60,000 nt of DNA from Felis catus. Its lineage: Eukaryota. The position numbers and the translations under genes were made by a program. The stretch is taken from positions 87,918,001 to 87,978,000 of the forward strand of contig NC_058368.1 of the NCBI RefSeq assembly GCF_018350175.1, in the 5' to 3' direction. Of the stretch, positions 36,701 through 48,700 are shown in pieces; the stretch's first letter is position 1, and each line of letters opens with the position of its first letter. The notes under the pieces were generated by a model that saw nothing but the letters and a program-made list of their open reading frames with translations, ran no database searches and was not told the origin of the DNA.

Positions 36701-39700
36701 AGGAGCCACATGTAACTGTACATATCTGAATTATATGAAAGGAAAATAAAGTCAGTTCTCAGACATCTCTATTGATTAGCCAGGGAAGCACAGATGCACA
36801 CTAATCATTAGGAAATGCTGTGAAATAAATGCTAAATTACTTTCAGTGGCTGCTCCTGTGACCTCATTCTTAGCAGGGCATGCTGGTAGACAATATGCTA
36901 CTCAGCATTCCATTGGCAAATGTATAGGTCTAACTACAAACAGAATTCAGAGGCAAAACACCAACTTATGACAAAGTAAAAATAAGATATGCTTTGATAG
37001 GAAATTCCAAGTATCACAGGTGTTTGTTGGGGCACATACACACCAGTCCTCTGCTCTCTGTGTAATCAACACAGACATGGCAACAAAATATGGATCTAGA
37101 TTTGGCTACGTATGGGTGCAGAGAGAACTCCTACACCTCTGTGAAAGGAGGGAAGTATCCCAGAACACATAAGACTTTGAAAACCCAAGGCACAGTCTCA
37201 AGATAATTCCAAGTATGACTGTGTGGCCCACATTTCCCCTTCCCCTGACTCAGTGAAGCCAATATCTCTTGCTAGCAGGAACCCATAGGTGTGTTTGGTG
37301 AAGATACAATGACCTCTCAGAATGACTCCAGGGGAGAGACATCTGGTTTACTTCAGCCCCAAGCATCAGGGAGATCCAGAGTCCTGGACTCCAACGTCCA
37401 CCAATGGGTTCTGAGCAGGTACTGGGAACATGTGACCAGCACTATTACGTGGAAACACAACCTCTGGCATATGAGAATGACCTGTCTCCCTCCTGTGCAC
37501 TCCTTCCAGCCATGTTCCCATGGCCCCACCTGGGATATGGAAATGGAGGTGGTGAATGGGTGATGTCAAGGGAAAAGTCTAACTGAAAGAGCACGAGAGT
37601 CTGTCTTGGGGATAAACCTGTTCCACCTTCACCTCACGAAAAGGCTAATTTTGCATTTTCTAAGAACTGACCTGTGACATCCAGGCAGAAGGACACCTTC
37701 TGGCCCCCGGCCTCACAGCTGTACTCCCCAGCATCCGCCTTCCCCGCCTGCTGCACCACCAGCCTCCTGCTGCAGCCCTTGGCCTCCATGTGCACTTTGG
37801 AGCTCGCACTCAGCTTCTTCCCGTCCTTGTACCATGTCACCTCTGTCTTGTCCTGGGCCACCTCACAGCTCAGCGTGGCGCTGGCCCCTGCCTTGGCCTG
37901 CACCTCACTGCGTGCAGGCTGCTCCTTGGCAAACACCACTGTAGGTTCTGAGGACAGGGAGGGATGCTTGGAGTCAAAGATACCATCCATGTGAAGAATG
38001 CAGGTCTGGGAAAGAAGGTCTAAACAGGGAGGCAGGGGGACTGGAACTCTCTCCAATCCCTGGATCAGGTGTGTGGCCAAGAAGCCCCACCACCTTCTCA
38101 GCAACAACTAACAAAATTTATTTACACACTCTACTGCTTTCCTAGTTGTTCCAATTGGGGACAATACATTCTATCACTGCTCTGCCTGGGCTGTCCCCAG
38201 TGGAAACCAAAAATTCTATCACTGCTCATCAGCGATGTTCTGGGTGAGGACCATACATTCTATCACTGTTCTCTGCGGGCTCTTCCAGGTAGAGACCATA
38301 CATTCTATCACTGTTCCACCTGTGCCTTCCTGTGGCTGTCTCGTTCATTGACTTGATGACTCACAAAGCGCAGTAAATTTTCTGAAGTTTTTGGACCTTA
38401 ATATTTGCTCTTCTGTGGTGTCATTGCTCAAGTGTTTTGCCCTATTTTCAACAGCACTGTCTCTTACTCATATATTCACTTGGGAGCTCTTTATTTAAGT
38501 AAATGCCAGAGTGTTTGTGGTTATGTGTGTTTATATACCCTCCCCATCTTGTGATTTGCCTTTCCACACCTTCATGTTTCTAGTGACAAAATGTTAAGAG
38601 CTTTCTTATGGACAGATATATTATTTTGTCCTTTTTATTTTGTGCACTTGTTCTTTTTAAGGACAACTTCATGCTGAAGTCATTAATGACTCACATTGTT
38701 TGATAAGAGCTTGAACCACATTTCTCACTGAGGTCTCTAACCCACATTGAGCTGAGATTTTGCATGGGAAGAAATAGACATCCATCTTCAATTCCGTTTT
38801 CCATATGGTTAATAGTCTTCCCATTTGTGAAAGACTGACCCTCCACTACAGTTACACTTAGCACCACGGTGAAAACCAAACTAAAAAACAAAAAGCAGAA
38901 GAGACTCAGGTTTTAGACAGACCTGTTTCTGGATTCACTTTTCTGTTCTCTTGGGCTGTTTCTCAGTCCCTACATGAAGACCCAATTGCCTGAATTGCTG
39001 TAGTTTTATCAAAAGTCTTGATATCAAGTAAACTAAATATCATTGTTTGGGAGGATTTTTTTGTTTTTTGTTTTGTTTTGTTTTGTTTTGTATTTTTCAA
39101 AGTGGCCTTCCTCTCTCTGGCTTTGCAATATACTTGTCAATACTCTTACTCACAGAAGAGCTATTATTTGGGTGTTGAAGAGGATTGAACACTTCGGGGT
39201 GTTCCATCAATTTCCATCCATGATTTAGATCTTATTGTCTCTCAATAAAGTTGAATAGTTTTTGCCCACAAAGCACCTCAAGATCCTTTCTTAGACTTGG
39301 AATTGGTAACAGGATTTTTCTGATGCTATGTTAACCCCTTTAAAATGTCACTTTCCAGCTTCTGGTGTCTGGTGTATAGATACAGAGTGTTTCCTGTAGT
39401 GATTTTTGTATATCCTAATCTTACTCTCTTTCCCATCCAAAATGTAACTGTTTGGGATTTTCCACATTGATAACCATTATCTTCTGTTAGTTTCAGTTTT
39501 CACTTTTCCAGCTTTCATGTCTTTACTTTTATTTTCCTCCATGGTGTGCTGTGAGTATTGCATAAAAGTAAGGCCACTCAGTTTCCCTGTCTTGGTCCCA
39601 TCTCAAAGGCAAAGTTTTCAAGTTTTCATGTGAAATTTGATGTCAGGTATTCAATACCACCAATTATTACATTAAAGGCAAAATGTTCTACTTAAAGTTT

Positions 39701-42700
39701 GTGAAGAATTTTTTGGTAGTAATTGATGCCAAATATTATGGAATATTCTCCCTGGATTTCTGATGTTATATTTTATCTAGTGCTTTTATTTATCATTTAT
39801 TGGGGAAATCACATTGCTTTTACTTTTATTTTGTTAATATCAAGCTATTGTTGATTTTTCTGTTAGTTTTTTATTAATTATTTTTTTAAATTTACATCCA
39901 AGTTAGCTAACATATAGTGCAATAATGATTTCAGGAATGGAATCCAGTGATTCATCCCCTATATATAACCCTCAGTGCTTATCCAAACACGTGTCCTCCT
40001 TAAAGCCCTTGCCTTTAGCTCATTCCCCCATCTAACACCCTTCTAGCAACCCTCAGTTTGTTCTCTGTATTTAAGAGTCTCTTATGGTTTGCCTCCCTCC
40101 TTGTTTTATATTGTTTTTGTTTCCCTTCCCTTATGTTCATCAGTTTTGTATCTTAAATTCCACATATGAGTGAGTCACGATATTTGTCTTTCTCTGACTA
40201 ATTTCACTTAGCATAGTACTCTCTAGTTCCATCCACATTGTTGCAAATGGCAAGATTTCATTCTTAATGATCGCTACTTGTTGATTTTCTAATGTTTCTG
40301 GTGTTGAACCAGACTTGCATTCCTGGAATATGACTGTTGTCCTAGTGTGTTGTTCTCTTGATAAATTGCAGAATTCAGTTGGATAATATTTTCTTGAAGG
40401 TACTGCCTTGACATCAACAAGAGGTGGCCTGTGAAAATTCTTCATATTTATCTTGTCATATTTTGATATTGATATGCTATATATGTAAAATAAATTGATG
40501 TGTGTGTCTCTTTTCAAAACTCTATAAGAATCCTATAAACATGAGATAATTTCTTTCCAGAACATTTTATACAATTTAAGAGGCACTGGGCTTAGACATT
40601 ATTCTCTAAGATTACTTATGATCCTCCATTTATCTTAAGTCTTAGGACTGTGCAACTTGTCCAATTTTTCTTGTGTAAGTTTCAATATAATTCCCTAGGA
40701 AATGATTGATTTGTAAGTGTCTGCTCTCTTTGTAAACTGCACAGACATTGCAATACAACACAGATCTAGATTTGGCTACATATAGGTGCAGAGAAAACTT
40801 CTACATCCCTGTGAAAACAGGGAAGTGTGTCCCAAAACACCAAAAACTGTGACTCAAAGCACAGTCCTGGGAAAACTCCAAATATGACGGTGGCCCCAAT
40901 TTTCCCTTCCCCTGGTTCCATGAAATCAAACATTTCCACCATCAAGAACACTCATGTGATTTGGAGGAAGATATTTGTGACCTTCAGAACGACTCTCCTG
41001 GAAAGACATCTGGTCTACATCAGCCCCATGCATCAGGGAGATCCAGATTCTTGAATTCCAATGTCCACCAGTAGGTTCTGAGCAGGTGCTGGGAACATGT
41101 GACCAGCACTATTACGTGGAAACACAACCCATGGTGTATGAGAATGACCTGTCTCCTTCCTGTGCACTCCCTCCAGCCATCCTCCCATGGTCCCACCTGG
41201 GATGTGAAAATGGAGGTAGTGAATGGGTGATGTCAATGGAAAAGTCTAACTGAAAGAGCACGAGAGTCTGTCTTGGGTATAAATCTGTTCCAAGCTCACC
41301 TCATAAAAGAGGCTAATTTTGTACTCTGAAAGAACTGACCTGTGATGTCCAGGTGGAAGGACACCTTCTGGCCCCCGGCCTCACAGCTGTACTCCCCGGC
41401 GTCGGCCTTCCCTGCCTGCTGCACCACCAGCCGCCTGCTGCAGCCCTTGGCCTCCACACGCATTCTGGAGCTGGCACTCAGCTTCTTCCCGTCCTTGTAC
41501 CACGTCACCTCTGTCTGGGCCTGGGCCACCTCGCAGCTCAGTGTGGCACTGGTCCCCGCCTTGGCCTGCACCTCACTGTGTGCTGGCTGCTCCTTGGCAA
41601 ACATGACTGCAGGCTCTGGGGACAGGGAGGGATGCATGGTGTCAAAGATACCATCCATGTGAAGAATGCAGGTCTGGGAAAGAAGGTCTAAACAGGGATG
41701 CATGGGGAATGGAACTCACTCTGATCTCTGCATCAGGTATGTGGCCAAGAAGCCCCACCACCCTCTCAGCAAAAACTAACACAAATATTTACTCTACCAC
41801 TTTTCTGGCTGTTCAGGTGGAAGTATACTTTCTATCACTGCTCCATCTGTGTTTTCCTGTGGCTGTCTTTTGCATTGACTTGATGACTCACAAAGTACAG
41901 CACCCTTTCTGAAGTTTTTGGTAGTTATAATTTGATCTTCTGTGGTGTCATTGCTCAAGTGTTTTGCCCCATTTACAACAGCACTGTCTCTTACTCATAT
42001 TCATTTGGGAGCTCTTTGTTTAAGTAAATGTCAGTGTTTGTGGTTATGTGTATTTATATACCCTCCCCATCTTGTGACTGGCATTTCCACCCCTTCATAC
42101 TGTTTTGTGAAAAAAAAAATGTTAAGCAAGAGTTTTGTTATAGGCAGATATATTACTTTCTCCTTTGTGTTTTGTGCATTTCATTCTGTCTCAGGAAGCT
42201 TTCCTTATGCTGAGGTCATGAATGACTGACATTGTTGGTAAGAGCTTGAACCACATTTCTCACCGAGGTCTCTAACTCACATGCAGCTCAGTTTCTTGCA
42301 CGGCAAGAAATAGACATCCAACTTCATTTCAGTTTTCCATATGTTTAATGATCTTAGCACCATTTGTGAAAGACCAACCCTTTACTACAGTCACACTGAG
42401 AGCTCTAGAGTGATTTAAAAAAGAGAGAGAGAGAAGGGACTTGGGTTTTATACAAAGCTGTTTCTGGACTCACTTCCTGTTTCCCTGAGAAGTTTCTCAG
42501 TCTCTATTTAAAGCCCCGATTGTTTGAATTGCTGTCGTTTTATCAAAAGCCAAGAAAGTCAACGTTATTGCTTTGGTGATTTCTTTTGGTTTTGGTTTTA
42601 ATGGTTTTGTCAAAAGTGGATTTCCTCTCTCTGGCTTTACAACTCACTTGTCAATACTCTCACTCACATAAGAGCTATTATTTGGGTTTTGATGAGGACT

Positions 42701-45700
42701 GACTGCCTCTGGGTCTTTCATCAATTTCCATCCATGATTTAGATCTTTTTCTGTCTCTCAATAAAGTTGAATACTTTTTTTTCCCACAAAGCATCTGAAA
42801 ATCCTTTCTTAGACCTGAAATTGATAACAGGATTTTTCTGATGCTGTTGTAACCCCTTTAAAATGTCACCTTCCAGCTTTTGGTGTCTGGTGTATAGATA
42901 GATAAATGTTTCCTATATATTGATTTTTGTATGTCCTAATCTCACTTCACGCTCTTTGGTGTCCAAAAAGTAATGGTTTTTAAGACTCTTAAAAACTGAG
43001 AATAGGGGCGGGGCGCCTGGGTGGCTCAGTCGGTTAAGCGTCCGACTTCAGCTCAGGTCATGATCTCCTGGTCCGTGAGTTCAAGCCCCGCGTCGGGCTC
43101 TGTGCTGACTGCTCAGAGCCTGGAGCCTGTTTCGGATTCTGTGTCTCCCTCTCTCTCTGACCCTCCCCCATTCATGCTCTGTCTCTCTCTGTCTCAAAAA
43201 TAAATAAACGTTAAAAAAAAATTTTTTAAAAACTGAGAACAAACAGGGTTGATGGGGGGTGGGCAGGAGGGGAAAGTGGGTGGGTGATGGGCATTGAGGA
43301 GGGCACCTTTTGGGGTGAGCACTGGGTGTTGTATGGAAACCAATTTGACAATAAATTTCACATTTTAAAAAAAGTAAAACGCTACATATGAGATTTCCAG
43401 AATAGGCAAAAAAAAAAAAATTAAAAATAAATAAAATACAATTTATTACAAATGCAATTAGTTAAAATCTCATAGAAAGTGCAAATTACAATTAAAATTT
43501 TAATGTGACTAAAACTTTTGAACAATATAAATACCTTGAAAAGTAGACACAATAACTATAATTACAATGTTTACTAAATTTTTTACTTTATTATTATTAT
43601 TATTGTGGAGAGAGAGAGAGAGAAAGGGCATGAGTGGGTGAAGGGCAAAGAGAGAGGGGACAGAGAATCCGAAGCAGGCTCTATGCTGATAGCAGCGAGC
43701 CCAATGTGGTACTCAAACTCCCAAACCATGAGATCATGGCCTAAGCTGAAGTTGGACACTCAACAGACTGAGTCACCCAGGTGCCCCTAAATTTGTTACT
43801 TTATACCCAAACTACTCAAACTTAGCGATGCTCTGATTTCTTTTTTATTTTGATATATATTCTTAAATACCCTTGTAGGGTTACAATAATACTTGTTTTA
43901 ATTTAACTTAAAAAATAGAAACTGTTTGGGATTTTCCACATTGATAATCATATCTTCTGTTAGTTTCAGTTTTCATTTTTCCAACTTTCATATATTTACT
44001 TTTATTTTCCTCCATGGTGTGCTGTGAACGTTGCATAAAAGTGAGGACATTCAGCTTCCCTGTCTTGGTCCCATCTCAAAGGCAAAGCTTTCAAAGTTTG
44101 ACATGAAGTGTGATGTCAGCTAGCCTTTTCAATACCACCAGTTATTACATTAAGGACAAAACCTTCTATTTAAAGCTTATGAGAATTTTGTGGCAGGAAT
44201 TGATGCCAAATATTATGGAATATTCTGCCTGTGTTTCTGATGCTTTATTTTATCCAGAGTTTTACTCTTCATTTATTGGGGAAATCACACCATTGTTTCT
44301 TTGATTTTGTTAATATCAAGCTTTGTGTTGATTTTCTAATGTTTCTGGTGTTGAACCAGCCTTGCATTCCCAGAATATGACTATTGTCCTAGTGTATTGT
44401 CCCCTTGATAAAATGCAGAATTCAGTTGGATAATATTTTATGGAAGATATTACTTTCACATCAACGAGAGGTGGCCTGTGAAAATTCTTCATATTTACCT
44501 TGTCACATTTTGGTATTGATATGCTACCTATGTAAAAGGAGTTGATGACTACATCTCTTTTCAACACTCTAAGAATCCTATGAATATGGAGTAATTTCTC
44601 TCCAGAATATTTGGTAGAATTTGACAGTAGAGCCACTGGTCTTAGACATTATTCTGTGAGAAAATTATATAATCATCCATTTATTTTAAGTGCTAGGATT
44701 GTACAAGTTGTCCATTTTTTCTTGTGCCAGTTTCAATATAATTCCTTAGGAATTGATTGATTTGTAATTGCTCTCTTTGAAAGCTTCACGGCCATTGCAA
44801 TAAAATACAGATCTAGATTTGGCTACATATGGGTGCAGAGAGAACTCGTAGATCCCTGTGAAAACAGGGAAGTCTCCCAAAACACCTATAGCTGTGGACA
44901 CTCAAAGCACAGTCCTGGGAAAACTCCAAGGATGATTGTGTGCCCCAAATTTACCATTATCCTGGTTCAGTGAAATCAAACATCTGCACCACCAGAAACT
45001 CTCATGTGTGTTGGAAGACAACATTTGTGATGTTCAGAACAACTCTAGTGGAGACATATCTGGTCTACCTCAATCCCATGCATCAGGGAGATTCAGACTT
45101 CTGGATACCAAGGTCCACCAGTGGGTTCTGAGCAGGTGCTGGGAACATGTGACCAGCACTATTACGTGGAAACACAACCCATGGTGTATGAGAATGACCT
45201 GTCTCCTTCCTGTGCACTCCCTCCAGCCATCCTCCCATGGTCCCACCTGAGATGTGGAAATGGAGGTGGTGAATGGGTGATGTCAATGGAAAAGTCTAAC
45301 TGAAAGAGCACGAGAGTCTGTCTTGGGTATAAATCTGTTCCAAGCTCACCTCATAAAAGAGGCTAATTTTGTACTCTGAAAGAACTGACCTGTGATGTCC
45401 AGGTGGAAGGACACCTTCTGGCCCCCGGCCTCACAGCTGTACTCCCCAGCATCCGCCTTCCCTGCCTGCTGCACCACCAGCCGCCTGCTGCAGCCCTTGG
45501 CCTCCACGTGCATTCTGGAGCTCGCACTCAGCTTCTTCCTGTCCTTGTACCACGTCACCTCCGTCTGGGCCTGGGCCACCTCGCAGCTTAGCATGGCGCT
45601 GGCCCCTGCCTTGGCCTGCACCTCACTGTGTGCTGGCTGCTCCTTGGCAAACACAGCTGCAGGCTCTGGAGAGAGGGAGGGATACATGGGGTCAAAGATA

Positions 45701-48700
45701 CAATCCATGTGAAGAATGCAGGTCTGGGAAAGAAGGTCTAAACAGAGAGGCAGGGGGACTGGAATTCTCTCCAATCCCTGCATCAGGTATGGGCCAAGAA
45801 GCCTCAGCACCTTTTCAGCAACAACTAACACAATTTATTTACACACTCTACCACTTTCCTGGTTGTTCCAGTTGGGGACCATATATTCTATCCCTGCTCC
45901 ACCCTGTCTGTCCTAAGTGGGGACCATACATTCTATCCCTGCTCTCCTGGGCTGTTCCAGGTGGGGAGCATACATTCTATCCTTGCTCTCCTGAACTGCT
46001 CCAGGTAGGACCATACATTCTATCACTGCTCCAACTGGGTAGTTCCAGGTGGGAACCATACATTCTATCCCTGCTCCTCCTGGGCTGTTCCAGGTGGGAC
46101 CATACATTCTACCCTTGTTCCTCCTGGGCTGTTCCAGGTGGAACCACACATTCTGTAACTGCTCCTCCTGGGCTGTTACAGGTGGGACCATACATTCTAT
46201 CCCTGCTCCTCCTGGGCTGTTCCAGGTGGGGCCATACATTCTATCCCTGTTCCACCTCGTCTGTTCCAGGTGGGACCATACATTCTATCTGTGCCCCTCC
46301 TGGGCTGCTCAAGGTGGGACTGTACATTCTATCCCTGCTTCTCCTGGGCTGTTCCAGGTGGGAACCATACATTCTATCCCTGCTCCTCCTGGGCTGTTCC
46401 AGGTGGGACCATACATTCTATCCATGCCCCCCCTGGGATGCTCCAGGTGGGACCATACATTCTATCATACATCCTGTCACTTTTCCACATGGCCTTCCCA
46501 GGTGAGGACTGTGGGAAATCTACCCATGCACATGGACTCTGTGGGGCCATAAGAGATGTGTCCCTCAACCTTCCTAGAAGACATCAGCTTTTTCCTTATG
46601 GTTTGAAGGGAATGCTTTCACCTGTCATCTTCAAAGTTGCTGAGACTCAGTGCTCCTTCCTTAGTATTGTTGACTACTGGCTCTCTGGTGGGAGTCCTTG
46701 TACTTCCTCATGATTGTCTTTGCCATTGTCTGAAGACCAGTGAGGCTGAGTACCTTCCCCAAGATTACTGGTCTTACCATTACTATTTGCTCCTGTGTGG
46801 TGACTCTGTTCAAGTCATTGCTCATATACCAACAGTATATTCTTCTCTCTATCATTGTAAAGCACTCCTTACATATTTAAATGTTAGAGAATGACAACTA
46901 TGTATTTTATAGGTGTTTTCCGAATGCTGTGACTACTTTTCACTCTCTCATGGAGTCTTCTGATGGGTGAAATTTTTAGTTTTAATGTAGGCAAATATGT
47001 CTATTTTGTCCCACTGCATTTGGGGCATCTGCATTCTGTTGAAGAAACTTTCCTTACCTAAATCTTTAAACAAGGGTGTTGTCCTCTACGGGTTTTATGG
47101 TTTTAGCTTTTATACTGAGGTCTCTAACCCACCAGTAGTTGACTTTTGTGTGTTGTGTAAATTCCCAGAATTTAATTTTTTCCATGCATTAAATGATTCA
47201 AATGCCGTTTATGAAAACAACAAACTTCTCTACTTCTTTTTATTTCTTTTTTTCTTTTCATTTTTTTCTCTTTTTTTAATATGAAATTTATTGTCAAATT
47301 GGTTTCCATACAACACCCAGTGCTCATCCCAACAGGTGCCCTCCTCAATACCCATCACCCACCCTCTCCTCCCTCCCACCCCACATCAACCCTCAGTTTA
47401 TTCTCAGTTTTTAAGAGACTCTTATGGTTTGGCTCCCTCCCTCTCTAACTTTTTTTTTCCTTCCCCTCCCCCACGGTTCTGTTAAGTTTCTCAGGATCCA
47501 CATAAGAGTGAAAACATATGGTATCTGTCTTTCTCTGTATGACTTATTTCACTTAGCGTAACACTTTCCAGTTTGATCCACGTTGTTACAAAAGGCCATA
47601 TTTCATTTTTTCTCATTGCCACTTAGTATTCCATTGTGTATATAAACCACAATTTCTTTATCCATTCATCAGTTGATGGACATTTAGGCTCTTTCCATAA
47701 TTTGGCTATTGTTGAAAGTGCTGCTATAAACATTGGGGTACAAGTGCCCCTATGCATCAGCACTCCTGTATCCTTTGGGTAAATTCCTAGCAGTGCTATT
47801 GCTGGGTCATAGGGTAGCTATACATTGCAGTAGAACCAAAACTGGGGGTGACAGGAGTCCATTTATGCAAGAATATGTTTGTGTTTTATTATTTTGTTCC
47901 TTGATCTGGCAACTATTCCTGCATTGAGATCCCGTTGTCTTACATACTATCGCTTTATGATAATTCTCGACATCTGGTATAGCAAATGCTCACACTTGGA
48001 TTCTCCTCAAGAGAAAAGTGTATCAGCTATACTTTGCCTTTGGAATCCACTTATTATTTTTCAACCCTCACCTCAATTTTTGTTTAGATTTTGATTAATG
48101 AAAATATTTGATTTTTCCCGGATTTCTACCCATCTATTTATATCTCTTGGCTGTCTCAAAAATGTTTAATAATTTCCCCCCACAGAGCTTCCTAGAACCT
48201 TTTATCAGAGTTGGAATTAGAAACACAACATTTTTGATGCTATTATAACTGTAAGGTTTCGATTTCAAAGTGTTTCTTGCATGTTTTTTTGCATGGTAAT
48301 CTTCCTCAAGAATCTTATTTGGCCTAGTAATTTATATTTAGGATTTTTTGAATTGGAAATCACATCATCAGTGTACATTCTATCACTGTATCTTCCATCT
48401 TTATGGAATCTATTTTATTTTCCTCCTTACACTGCTCAGTAATTACAGTGGCCCAGTGGCCTGCTTGTATGGTCCCCAAATCGAAGCTTTCAGTGTCTCC
48501 TATAAATTCCTCATGTGTTCTGTAACTTCACTTTCTGAACCAAGAAAGAGCACTGTCATACAGCGTGTTAAGAATTTTATGGCATGACTGATGCTGAATT
48601 TTATCAAACACATTTTCTGAATTTATGACATAAAAATTTAACCAAACACTTTTATTCTGTGTTGAGATAATCACACCATTTTTCACTTAGTTTCTTAATG

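Noticed and set aside
43010..43100. tRNA-like sequence with A/B boxes
   Set aside because: It is the tRNA-derived head of a CanSINE, not a tRNA gene; the same applies to the other SINEs.
756..45712. Many recurring + strand ORFs (e.g. ...ADVLSCPHTHEYSPAS..., ...KDTFWPPASQLYSPASAF...)
   Set aside because: They are antisense shadows of the OBSCN Ig exons and recur only because the exons are duplicated.
45630..46713. Repetitive 291-aa ORF and a superficially CRISPR-like repeat
   Set aside because: Contiguous 44-bp units with no unique spacers in eukaryotic intron DNA; the unit length is not a multiple of 3. It is a minisatellite.
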